64,000 nucleotides of DNA from Octopus sinensis. Its lineage: Eukaryota. Position numbers and translations under genes: made by a program. Shown piece after piece: positions 1 through 14,597 of the stretch; position 1 is the first letter of the stretch; every line of letters starts with the position of its first letter. Location of the stretch: NCBI RefSeq assembly GCF_006345805.1, contig NC_043011.1, forward strand, positions 38,638,464 to 38,702,463, given 5' to 3'. A model generated the notes under the pieces. That model had not been told where the DNA came from and did not search any database. It saw nothing but the letters and a program-made list of their open reading frames with translations.

Positions 1-1023
1 AGTTCGATAGAGACAGAATAATTGTCAGGATTAAGAAAATAATAAGCGCTGGGATCGATTCATTCGACTGAAATTTCTTTAGACCGTGCCACAGGATGGC
101 CGCAGTCTAATGACTGAAACAAGTAAAAAGGTAAAATTAACAGATACCTTGCTTAAAACAAGAGCCATTTGTTGTATAAAAGACTGTTTAGATTATTCCT
201 GTCAAGAAAGAACAATGGACTGTTAGAAATGTTAGAGCGGTTGTAAAAATGCCTTTTGGCGCTTTTTCTGGTACTTTATTCTTTGAGTTCAAATCCTGCT
301 TTCAAGGTTCAGTGTCTATATAATATAGTACTGGTGATAATATTGTCGACCTACCACTTTGCTTTCTAAATTTTTGGCATTCTGGGGTCGATAAAATGAA
401 GTAATGGAGCCGTTTTCATGGATTTGTCACTCAATGAAAATTTAAATCGTAGAAAAGAAAAGCGATGCAGTATTCTAGCATATAGTTCTCTGCGCTCCGA
501 GTTCAAACTCACTTGTCTTCGTTTCAGGAGAGATAAATAGAGCACCAATCAATTTCTGTGATTCATTCTTATTCGCAATTCTTTCTTCTTTACACTTTTT
601 ATCTTTCTATTTTTTTTTTTTTTTTTGTTTTGAAGAAATGGACTCCGAAAATTGAAGTGGGAGAACGGTCGCCACTAGATTCCGAAACATATCAAAATAC
701 GCCCGTAGGCACATCAATTACGACTTCATAAAACGGAGACTACAATCTTTAGGCGAAGTAAAATGAAAGAAGATCCGTTTAATCAAGGTTGTTGGCCAGG
801 GATTAAAGGACAACAACAACAGTAACAAAAGCAATAACAACAATAACAACAACAACCAGAGCATCAACAGCAACAACAAAATGAACAACAATATCGGCGG
901 CACTAAAGTTACATGTCAATATTTTCCAACTTTATTTGTTCTTATCAGAAACCTATGAGTTTATTTCAAATTTCTTATTGAAAATGTTGAAGTTCGAATA
1001 TCAATTTTTTTTTTCCCTTTCAG

Positions 1024-1067
1024 TCAAAAGAGTCTTCAGATTTCAAGGAAATTGGAAATGAACTGAT
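1024..1067 (+). CDS. Possible 44-nt host micro-exon (SKESSDFKEIGNEL..), unverified
   Basis: Strong polypyrimidine acceptor (tttttttttttccctttcag) and consensus donor gtgagt at 1068-1073. Only one of three frames is open. No homology recognised. Confidence 0.2.
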
Positions 1068-1480
1068 GTGAGTTAACGCTGGCAGCTTTGCCACAGGCAT
1101 GAGCAATACGAGTGTAGTATTTATGGCAACACCTTAAGAATAAAAAGGAAAAAAATTCAGATGTTGATCGCTCCCCATGAGCTTAGTCAACTCTACAGTG
1201 TTTGAACATATTGTGTTATCTATCAAATTATTGAAGGATTTTCTTTTCTCTCCTCTTGCTTAGTTTCATTATTCAAGATATATTTTTCTTTTCTTTCCTT
1301 TTCTTTTTCTTTTGAAGAGGTTGTTCAGTTTTTGTACACCTAAAAACGTCATCGTTGTGTCAGAAAAAAAATAATCAATTTAGAAAAATAAAATTATGAA
1401 TGAATAAAAATTTGAATCTTTCAAAAAAATTTAATATTAATAAATCCATGACACTCTTCCTCTCTGTCATTCTTTCTCCC

Positions 1481-1517
<37 letters not shown>

Positions 1518-1991
1518 CTCGCTTTATCTTGCTTGCTCTCTTACTCCACTTCTATCTTCCTTTCGATTTCTCCCTCACTCTCGACTCCAAGACATCAATA
1601 ATCTATACTGTTCAGTACAGGTGCTTTATATGTTTAATATGCTTCTTTCTGGAGGAGTATTATTATATTTTAATAAATCGCAAATGATGTCAATACTATT
1701 TTTGAAGATGAATATATAATACACACACACACAGACACACAGACGCACATACATACGCAGACTTAAACACACAAACGCACACGTACACACGTATATATAA
1801 ACTTGTGTATGTATCTATTCATTTATCTCTATTTATCATTATATATAAATGGGTGTGTGTGTGTAATTGTGCATGTATATATACGTACATATGCATTATG
1901 TATATTTTTATACATATTCATGTGCGTCTGTATGTGCGTGTGCTTCTGTGTGTGAATACATACATATAAACATTTACACACACACACACAC

Positions 1992-2070
<79 letters not shown>

Positions 2071-2769
2071 GTTTGTGTGTGCGTGTGTGCGTGAGTGTGT
2101 GCGAGTGTGTGTGTGTGTGCGCGCTCGCGTGTGTATTGAAAGACTAAAAGATTGAAAGAAAGATTTCCATCACTAAAGTAAATGCTAATCCCAAAGCAAA
2201 ATATCTGATTTGTGAGGAACTAAGAGCAATGGTAGAAGATAAGAAATGAAAGAAAGTGGGGAATAAATTCGTCTTCCTTGTTTCATCGTATGTTAAACGG
2301 GATTTAGAATTATTAAATGGTTGCATCTTTCCGGTTTCAGCGCTCTTAATAAAATCTTCCCAGCAAAAGAAACGAATGTATATTTATAACATAATGGAAT
2401 ATCATCAGAGCCTGTTTCGTTGATGTTCTTGCTACTCTTGTTAAACCCTAGGCCACCTCTGACAGAAAAGACGTTCTATCAAAGATATTCCAATTATAAC
2501 CATCCAGTTTATGGTCTGAAATTTTATCTGGCTCTCCATTATACAGTATGTCGTTCTTATTTTCAGATAAGATATGGTTTCAAATTAATATGTCTGCTAT
2601 TTTTAGCAGGTCATGTAACCTTTTAGAATCTGAAGTGGTTCTTAACCGGGATCATTAGGATCTATGTAAAATATTGTTGTTAAAATTTATATACTATAAA
2701 TTGGTTAGACATCTAAAATACGCCAAATATTTCAACAATCTTTTGTACAATTCCTAATTTTTCTATTTC

Positions 2770-2997
2770 TTTCATTTGTTTTAGTCATTTGACTGCAGCC
2801 ATGCTGGAGCACCGCCTTTAGTCGAACAAATCAGCCCTAGGGATTATTCTTTGTAAGCCTAGTACTTATTCTATCGGTCTCTCTTCTCGAACTGCTTAGT
2901 TACGTGGACGTAAACGCACCAACATCGGTTGTCAAGCGATGATGGGGGGACAAACACAGACACACAAACATATACATACACACACACACACATACAT

Positions 2998-3032
<35 letters not shown>

Positions 3033-3196
3033 CGACGGGCTTTTTTCAGCTTCCCTCTGTCAAATCCAATCACAAGGCTTTGGTTGGCCCGAGGCTATAG
3101 CAGAAGACATTTGCTCAAGGTACCAACGCGGTGGGACTGAATTTGGAACCATGTGGGTGGTAAGCAAGCTACTTTCCACACAGCCACTCCTGCTCC
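2770..3196 (-). mobile_element. SINE-A (tRNA-derived, CR1-like tail), full copy
   Basis: tRNA-like head with A/B-box-like motifs, internal (TA/TG)n, and 3' tail ggcggtgctccagcatggctgcagtcaaatgact. Matches many other copies in the window. Confidence 0.85.
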
Positions 3197-3377
3197 TATT
3201 TGATTTGTGTCATCGAATCACTATTGGGGGCCATCTGAGTAAAATAAGAATTAAAGAGGCCCGGAGGTAAAGAATGTTTGAGCACCATTGATTTAGATAT
3301 TCCTCTATTAAAGGGAGTTTAGGTGGCTACACTGAAAATGTTCGTACTTGTGCATATTTACTGTTAGATTTTGTGAA

Positions 3378-3710
3378 GGTGCATGGCCCAGTGTTTAGAG
3401 TGTCAGACTCACAATCATGAGGGAGTGAATTTGATTCTCGGACCGGGTTGTGTGCTGTGCTCTTCTTGAGCAAGAAACTTTATTTCACGTTGCTCAGCTA
3501 TATGAATTAGTTGTGATGTCACTGGTGTCAAACTGTACCGGCCTTCTCCTTGGATAGCATCAGTGACATGATGAGGGGAGGCTGATTTGCATGGACGACT
3601 GCTGGTCTTCTATAAGCAACATTGCCCGAACTTGTGTCTTGGATGGAAACTTTCTAGTTGCAATCCCGTGGTCATTCATGACCGAAGAGAGTCTTTAACC
3701 TTTTATTACT
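3378..3710 (+). mobile_element. SINE-C (tRNA-derived) copy
   Basis: Head gcatggcccagtgtttagagtgtcagactcacaatc...ttgagcaagaaactttatttcacgttgctc. Homologous head fragments at ~24470-24590 (-), ~40620-40720 (-) and ~51470-51560 (+). Confidence 0.6.
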
Positions 3711-3846
3711 AGATTTTAATTTTTCATTCTGTCACAACTATACACATGCAGTCACATATTGAATAATTCAATATGTCACCGCGTGTGTATCGTTGGCGAT
3801 TTTTTTCTTCCGTCTTCCCTTCCTTAGACCTTTCCTTTTTTTCTAT

Positions 3847-3882
3847 GTTTCTGACGAAGAGCTCCGCTCCAAAACGTTAAAT
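3847..3882 (+). ncRNA. Degenerate minimal hammerhead ribozyme motif
   Basis: gttt-CTGACGA-a-gagc-tcc-gctc-CAAAA-cgtt-aaat. Stems I and II pair; the GAAA core is mutated. Confidence 0.5.
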
Positions 3883-4292
3883 CCTCCTTTCTTTCCTTTC
3901 CTGAGCATCCAATAACACTATACTTGTTCCACGTCCTCGCGTTGTTGTGTTTTCTCTTCGTGTTTGCATGTTTGGATTAACTTTATATACCGCACGCTCA
4001 CATGGACCCCGGCCTTCTGACTGACTTGGATAAACAATTCCTGGATTTTTACACCTACGGATTACTGCTACTATTCATCCGGAGTACGCTACTGTAATCG
4101 CGATTATGTATGTATATATGTATGTATGTATGTATGTATACGTATATATATATATTATCTCCCCTTCATTCAACCTGTCTTTGTTATTATCTCCTTTTCA
4201 TTCACCCTCTTTTTTTGCCAATGAATCGCCATGCTGGACCACTAAACTCAACACGTTTTTACTTACTCTTTCTCTGTTTATTTCTTCTTATT

Positions 4293-4330
4293 CCTTTCTG
4301 TCGAAGCATGTAGTCTTGAAATGTAAAATA
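4293..4330 (+). ncRNA. Highly degenerate hammerhead-like motif (same family as 39802-39839)
   Basis: ccttt-CTGTCGA-agcatgtagtctt-GAAA-tgta-aaata. Core spacing kept, several substitutions. Confidence 0.3.
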
Positions 4331-4414
4331 ACTTTCTCTTTTTCCGAGGGTCAAACTCATACACTCGCTTGTTGTTCCAACACCTGTCTTCGTCTTTGTT
4401 TTTCTACAAATTTG

Positions 4415-4474
<60 letters not shown>

Positions 4475-4508
4475 TATGTATGTATGTATGCTGGTATGTC
4501 TATAACAT

Positions 4509-4539
<31 letters not shown>

Positions 4540-4554
4540 GATATAGATAGATAC

Positions 4555-4705
4555 ATATAAGAGGGATGACCACTAAGTGGACATCCATTATGCTAGAAGT
4601 AGATCCCTACTAAATTTCTTTAGAGCAATCCTTTCTCAGGGGTAAGACCATATGGGTCTAATTCTAGCATAATGGGTGTCCACTTAGTGGTCATCTCCCT
4701 TATAT
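4555..4705. mobile_element. MITE with 44-bp terminal inverted repeats
   Basis: 4555-4598 is the near-perfect reverse complement of 4662-4705. Ends lie in TA context; no ORF. Confidence 0.75.
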
Positions 4706-4821
4706 GAATGTAATATAATTTTTCTGAATTTTCAGATTTTTCAAAATGCTAGACCACTGGTTTTAAATTGATATTAATCAAATTAATATTTAATTTTTCA
4801 CCTATATTATTTTAAATTTAT

Positions 4822-4884
<63 letters not shown>

Positions 4885-7243
4885 CATGTGAATACCCTAC
4901 GGGCTTCCACAGAGTTTCTCTCGACCAAATTGTCTCACAAGGCATTTGTGGGCGCGAGGCCATATTAGAAGACATTTTCCGAATGTGTCGCCCCACGTGG
5001 CTGCAAAGCGATCTTGATAACCACACAGCCATTCTTTAGCCTATGGGAAACCAAAGATTTAAAGATTTTCGCCGTGAAAATTGTAATACATGTAAATACA
5101 TTATATCATTCTTTACGCACAGAGAAAGCGGTACGAATTCATAGCTGGGATTCGTAGAAATAAAATAAAGAAAGTTGTCATGTAGGACAATTCCCTATGT
5201 GTTTCTGTGTGGGAAGATAATAACAACGTGTATTTACATTTGTTTAAACTTTCACAGCGAAAGCTTTAATATGTAGCTTAAGTACGATGAATAATGTATA
5301 TTTGAACGTGTAAGAATATGCCCCGAGGTATGTAAAACTACACGTAAAGGATCTTACATGGTTGCTCTCTGTTTTTGAATGAAATGAAGCTAGAGAATAA
5401 GAAAGGAAAATAAAGAATATTTGCAATAAGTCATCATCAGCGGCAAGAAGCTTTCGAATTTAGATTTGAGGAGGTTCTTTGATGACGTTGCATCTGGTTG
5501 AGAATGATTTGATAGATGGGCTCCAGGAAAGTTTCCTTAAAGCTGCTATCGACTTTTCGTATATGGATTTTTTTTAACCTTCATTTTACAACGGAATGTA
5601 TGAGAGAAGGCATTATTGAGAAGGAGTGGTTGATGGAGATTATATTTTGGGGGTTTAACTTACTTCTGCAAGTAGCTCCCTTTTTCTTTTTCTATTCTTT
5701 TTAATCTTTTGCTGCTATCATTGAATAAATCCGGTTGTGCTTCTTCATGAGAAATATTGCCTAGAGCATGATATAGAAGTCAATGATTTATAAAGATGCC
5801 TTCAACTACACTTCAATGAACTGGCGTCCATTTTATACATTATACATCAGATCATAAAATAAAATATAAAAGCAAAACAATACAGTAGCTGTTATTTGCT
5901 AAAAGAATATATTTAAAGTAAAGAGTTTTACATCTTATTTTTGCATATTTCGCTTCCATTTGTTTTATTCTGTTTCTTCTCAATAATTTCTAAGGTATTT
6001 TTGTAAGTAGCAATATTTTAACATTCACTTTTATAATATTCATGTCTGACTACACGGATGGAAGGAAAGAGCTTTAAAAAAATCATTATGCTCCTTGTGC
6101 ATGGTTAAAAATCATTATTCTGTGCATGGTTCACAATCATTATCACAGTGCGCATGACTAAAAAATACAGCAGCAACTGTAATTGAATTAACTACAAGTT
6201 ATATAATAATATGTTACATAATAAAATGGTCTCATGAGATATATGTTCCAGTAAATTCTCACTACGTTTATGGAGAATTAAGTCTGCAATCTTGTTTCGA
6301 TTCCAAGTTAGTAACACTTGAGTTATGTTATGCTATTCATAATATCTTTGCAAAAAGAAATGACCACGATGTTTTAAACCATTTTATTTCCTTTCTAACT
6401 CCCGGAGACAGTACCGTGTTATAAAAAAATTGTTTATTTTCATAACATAGTTACAAAAAGCAATGTAAAACCTTCAAATGTGGCTGCGTGGTGAAATAGC
6501 TCGGTTCATAACTATGAATATTTTCTATCCAATACTACTACAGTACACGTTCAGAAAATACATTCTCTGATAACATAAGGTTGACAAAAGTTTGTTAATA
6601 ATTTTCAGCGCAAACATGACCGTGTGGTTCTGAAGTACTCTTGGTTAATCACGTGGTTCTGGCCTCAGCCATCAGCGTGGCAAGTTTGGGAAATGGTTGC
6701 AACTTATGATCAGGGCTGACGAAAACCTCTTGAAGAGATTCTGCAGATGCCTCGGATTGGGAGAGGTAGGATTAGCATTAATGCATTAACCTGTTTGATA
6801 CCACAACCAATACCTTCAGAGTACGTGTGGCAGAAACTCTTCTGTGCATGATCTCAGAATTGAAGGTAAATTAACAGGCCTTTATCCTCTACAGACTATA
6901 TTATTTGCAAAACGTATAAGTCAGACATGTAAAGTCTGGTTGTTGCCTCTCTGAGCAGCGGATTTTTAAAAAAATGTTTCTATACCAGCATAGTATCTAA
7001 AATATCTGGCATTCAAATTAATAATTTTGACCTTCATTATGGTAATGTAGAAAGCAAGAAAGCATTTTTCTGTATAGAGATGAAATTGAAGTATGAAGAA
7101 ATAGATTTTTTTCATTTATTCTATCGGCCACTTATCCAGCCGATAAATTAAGGGAACGTAAAGAAACCAACAACAGTTTTCAAAAGCAATGGAAGGGTCA
7201 AACAAAATCACACACATACGTAAGTATGCAAACACACACATAC

Positions 7244-7283
<40 letters not shown>

Positions 7284-7397
7284 ATATTTCGGAATGGTCA
7301 TTTTGCCAGTTTAGCCAATAAAAACACACGCACTATATATTTGGTGTTATTTTGCTTCAGTGTTATTTATTTTTTACATTAATCTTAATCTTATTTC

Positions 7398-7442
7398 GGC
7401 CAGAGTTCTTTCGTCACACCCCTGTGACCGCATCAGTGGTCC
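7398..7442 (-). ncRNA. Minimal type I hammerhead motif, near intact
   Basis: ggacca-CTGATGC-g-gtcac-aggggt-gtgac-GAAA-gaac-TC-tggcc. Perfect 5-bp stem II; one core change (A9 to C). Confidence 0.6.
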
Positions 7443-7634
7443 TTTGTTTTCTTCTTTCTTATTTGTGTCTCTCCTTACTAACCGTCAGCCATTTTGTATT
7501 TCTATTGTATGTCTTCATTTGCGCATGCTTATATCTCTATGTGCGTTTATGTTCATTTAGTGTGTGTATGTGGGGGATGCCTGTAATATTTGTATCTTCT
7601 GTTTATATATGTTCGTGTAATTTGTAATTTAAAC

Positions 7635-7670
<36 letters not shown>

Positions 7671-8241
7671 TATGGAGAAAGAGATTTACAAGGGCTTCCG
7701 CGTTTTCATTTACCAAATTCACTCGCAGGACATTAGTCGGCCTAGAGCTTTAGTACAACTTGCTCAATGCGTAGTGCAGAGGGTTTGAACCGGAAACTAC
7801 CAGATGTGGGGAGAACTTTTTAGGCCCTGTCCCCGCTTATATCTAACGTTGCTGACCATTGTTTCATAAACAACAGTCCTTACCCTTGATATATGTAACC
7901 TATAAGATTTGTGGTATTCCCACACTTTATAAATCGTCTTGTATCTATTTTGATGCACGAATTGTGAAATGTTTATACTATTGCTTCGTTATGTGAACTA
8001 TTTCGATTGTATATGTTCGATACTGTTCGCAGATAAGCTTGTTTTAGGCGTAATATGCGAACACAGAGTAGCTACATGCAGAAAAATATTATAGACACGG
8101 GACATCTCATTTTTCGGCCAGTCATTTGAGCTGAGAATGTGTTTCGAAAGTAAAACAATTACAGCATGGGAAATTCATATTAGCCATTCAAAAACACAAA
8201 AAAAACAAATTCAGTTCTATATTTCAGAGATGAAGAATTAT

Positions 8242-8397
8242 GTACATCATTTACATCATTTACATTCAACGGATATTTGTCCTCATCTTGTTTGTTGTCA
8301 ACACAACGCTTCAGCTGATATACCCTCCAGCCTTCAACAAGTGTCTTGGAGAAATTTCGAACCTGGGTTCTCATTCCAAAGGTATTTTTCGATGTTG
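8242..8397 (-). mobile_element. SINE-H body, inverted copy with mutated hammerhead (8300-8345)
   Basis: Reverse-complement homologue of ~10729-10880. Core reads TTGTTGA/GAAG instead of CTGAAGA/GAAA. Confidence 0.8.
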
Positions 8398-8415
8398 TTG
8401 TTGTTATTATTAAAA

Positions 8416-10587
<2,172 letters not shown>

Positions 10588-10630
10588 TTTTATTATTGTT
10601 ATTATTGCTGTTGTTGTTGTTGTTATTGTT

Positions 10631-10681
10631 ACAAACCTCAAGATTCCGAGTTCGATTCCAACCAGTGACCTGAAAAATAAC

Positions 10682-10733
<52 letters not shown>

Positions 10734-10880
10734 TCGAAAAATACCTTAGGAATGAGAACCCAGGTTCGAAATTTCCCCAAGACACCTGAAGAAGGCTGGA
10801 GGGTATATTAGCCGAAACGTTGTGTTAACAACAAACAAGATGAGGACAAATATCCGTCGAATGTAAATTATGTAAATAAT
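10631..10880 (+). mobile_element. SINE-H: truncated tRNA-like head + (AAT)n + hammerhead-bearing body
   Basis: B-box-like GAGTTCGATTCC at 10648-10659, internal (AAT)n, hammerhead at 10781-10826, and an (ATGTAAAT)-type tail. Confidence 0.7.
10781..10826 (+). ncRNA. Minimal type I hammerhead ribozyme with intact core
   Basis: gacac-CTGAAGA-a-ggct-ggagggtatatt-agcc-GAAA-C-GTT-gtgtt. Stem I gacac/gtgtt, stem II ggct/agcc, palindromic AACGTT stem III. Confidence 0.7.
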
Positions 10881-11319
10881 AACCAAAAAAACTTGTTAAA
10901 TTCGTTTAACTACTTATTATCTGGTGTCAAAATCTTCGTCACACTGACTGTAACCTGGTCTCTGACACAGATTTTCTGTTATTTTGAATGGGTAATATGT
11001 AATGATTTCAAAATTTGGCATGAAGCCAGCAATTTTGACGAGACGAGGTTAATCGATAACATTAACACCAGTACATGACTGCTACCATATTTTATCAACC
11101 CCGAAATGACGTAGGTGAGGTTGACATCGATGGGATTTGAACCCAGAACGTAAATAGAGATTAAAAGCACTGCAAATCATTTAAATGTGACACTTTAACG
11201 ATTCCACCCGTCGCCACCTTTATAATAATCCTTTCTTACTTTTGCACAAGGCCAGCAATTTTTAGGAGTGGGGAGGTGAAATCGGCCTCACGTTTCAACT
11301 GGTAATTATTTTATTTTTT

Positions 11320-11706
11320 TACTTGTTTCAGTCATTTCACTGCGGCCATGCTGGAGCACCGCCTTTAGTCGAGCAAAATTACCGCAAGACATCCTTTGTC
11401 AGACTAATACTAATTCTATGGGTCTCTTTTACCGAACTGTTAGTCTACGGGGACGTAAACACATCATCATCGGTTGTCAAGTGATGGTGGAGGGGACAAA
11501 CACAGACATATAAACGCGCACACACATATATGTGTGTGTGTGTGTATATATATATACGTCAGGCTTTCTGTTTCCGTCTACCAAATTCACTGACAAGGCT
11601 TTGGTCAGCCTGAGGCTATAGTAGGAGAAATTTGTCCAAGGTACTACGCAGTGGGACTGAACTCGGAACCATGTGGTTGAGAAGTAAGCTTACCGCACAT
11701 CCACGC
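11320..11706 (-). mobile_element. SINE-A copy
   Basis: Same head, body and tail as the other SINE-A copies. Confidence 0.85.
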
Positions 11707-12642
11707 TTGTACTTATAATACTTATATCGATCGCGGAAGAGTGAAAGATAAGATTGAATTCAGTCGGACTTGAACTCAGAACTTAAAGATACGACAAGAA
11801 TACTGTTAAGCAATTCAGCTGATGCGCTGAGGATTCTGCCAGCTCGCCGCGTTTATATAGTAATGATTTATGTGTTTGAGGTAAGCATACTGCTAGTTTC
11901 ATAAAGTATAACGCAAACAGTCTGCTTCTTATACTTATTTTCAGACCGATGAAATAATTAAAACATGGTAAAATCATCCTTGACACATTGGAAAAATAGA
12001 ACCGATATTAATTTAGATAACACAAAAAAATCTAATTAATCCAGCGCTCACCTGTTTGCACCTGTTCACCTGCTGTAAGTAGATGCAAGAATTTTAGTCA
12101 AAATTCAATTTATTCCCCCTCCCGTATCCAAATAGGGTATTTTTTTCTTCTATGAAAGAATTCAATAATAGTATTATTTAACTTTTTGAAATACAACAAT
12201 ATTATTGAAAATAATATGATGGTTGTACCTTTTTCGCTTGTTTCTTTTTATGTTTTTCATTCAATGAAAATCAATTGTTATTATTTACATTTTGCGTTTT
12301 TGTTCTGTAGTAAAAATGAAAGCCACAAGAAAATTGATATTTTTTGCAGAGTTTTAGTAGAACTAGTTGTAGTTGTTACATTAGGTGTCGAAATTTCATT
12401 TCTGTTTATTGCTAGCAATTTACCAATATACCAAAATGTATAACAAAACAAAACCTCATTCAACAAATTGAAATTACTATTGAAAATTTAATTTTCTATT
12501 TCAGATCTTATAAAATAGAAAACAAAAACAAAAAAAAATGATAACAATAGAACATAAAATTCGCAATGAAAAATCTCAAGCGTTTTTAACATCAATAATT
12601 CCCTGAAAATTTAAGGGAAGACAACAAGGAAAAAATAAAAAG

Positions 12643-14350
12643 AATGGAAATTTCAAAAACAAGACAAAAATTATTGAAAAGATAAACAAGAAGGATAAAA
12701 AATAGTTTATTATTGTCAATCTAATTTTAGTTGAATGAACTCAGATATTAAGTGTAGTTTTGTCGCAGAGGAAATCTTGCCCACCGACTTCATTTTTCTA
12801 CAGCTTTAAGTTAACTGTCTTCTTTAAAAAACGTATAAAAGAAAAAAGGAAATTAAAAATATACTTAGATACACATATACATACATATATATAGATATAC
12901 AGACACACATAGATAATACATACTTACATACATACATAGTACATATCTTTGTGATCAGATTAAATATATTTAAAGCGAAATAGTTAGCTTTCGATCAGTT
13001 TATCTATTAATGAAGATGCACCTAATCGTAATCTTATTTTTCGTTTAACTTCTTTATTAAATAAAGTTCTAGAAGAAATGATAAACTGGGAAGCGGGAAA
13101 GAGGTTAAATATTGAAGAAATTCAAGGTCTTTAGATAATAACATATTTTCAAAAAAGAAAATAAAATGTGAAGATAAATATCTAAAAAATAACAAAACTA
13201 AAAAAAAAAACAAAGTTAAGGAAGATTGTGTACTCTATCTCAGAAAAATAAATCTGCTTCTCTATAGCGTTTCTTATCAGAATATTTCGTATTATAGCCA
13301 GTCTAGTCTGAACAAATGAATATGAGGAAACCTACACAGCTTGCAAAGCTCGTTAGAGAAACGTTTAAATAACGGCGTTGCTTTTATAATTGCAGCGAAA
13401 AAGTTTTATCTACTTCGAAACTTCACTCAGAATTGCAAATGAGAAGCATATAACAAAACTGAAGTTATAATTTCTCTTTTATTTGAATCTTCAATACATT
13501 TAACATAGAAAAAAAGCTGTTACAAACATTCTGATTTCTCTAAAAGAATAAAGAGAGAGCATGTATTCTTCTTGTCAGATTCTTCGGTCCATGGTAGCCT
13601 GTGTGTCCGGGAAGACAAAATAAGGTCAAAACACCGAGACATCTCAATGTGATTCACTTAGACTAGTGAATCGTACGTTTAAATGTGGGAGATGTTCTCC
13701 TATAAAGAGAAACAACAGCAATAAACTATTCATATTCGAAACTGCCTGAACCTATAAAGAATGAATATATACGATCTTGCCTGGATTTTTAACGTTCTGC
13801 ATGAACTTCATAAATTGTTTTCTGCTTGGTAGACATCAGCACGCATCAGAAAATAGTTTATTTGCTTATTTTGTTGAAAAAAAAGGAGACAATACAGTTG
13901 TTATGTACATCGATCTGTTGTAGCTTTGATTGAAGGGACATATATTAGGGGGAAAACACCTCGGCGACACAAAATCTGTGAATCGTGTGTGTTAAGAATA
14001 CACATCCTCGAAAGAGGAGATATATTCTCCGACGACAAAAAACAACAGCATTCAGATATTCCGTTCGAATCTACCAGAGAATTAATAATGTAGAATTAGG
14101 AAACTAAAGCAAATGGGAAAGTTTTCCAAAAATAATATTGAAAAGATTAACAAAAAAGTTTTTTACAAAATAGTCTATTAATGTCAATCTAATTTTAGCT
14201 GAACGAACTCAAGTATTAAGTGTAGTTGAATCGCAGAGGAATTCTTGTCGGAATATTGTCCACTTATTTGATTTTCTTATAGCCTTAACTGTCTTCTTTA
14301 AACAACTTGCGAAACAAAAAAGTAAATTAGAAGTATAATTTAAACATATA
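12643..14350 (+). repeat. Old diverged direct duplication (12643-12880 vs 14112-14350; also ~13670-13760 vs ~14000-14090)
   Basis: Shared blocks such as tgtcaatctaattttag(t/c)tgaa(t/c)gaactca, tattaagtgtagtt, tcgcagagga and ttaactgtcttctttaaa. Confidence 0.7.
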
Positions 14351-14458
14351 CCTATATTGTTCTTACATTATTGATCAAGAATGAATAAATACGTTATTGT
14401 TTGGATTCTCACCGTTCTACGTGCACCTTGTGAATAATATATATATACATACACAAAC

Positions 14459-14533
<75 letters not shown>

Positions 14534-14546
14534 CATATATATATGC

Positions 14547-14583
<37 letters not shown>

Positions 14584-14597
14584 CACATATATATATA

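Noticed and set aside
639-732. Possible terminal exon KWTPKIEVGERSPLDSETYQNTPVGTSITTS*
   Set aside because: Plausible acceptor but no recognisable homology or partner exon.
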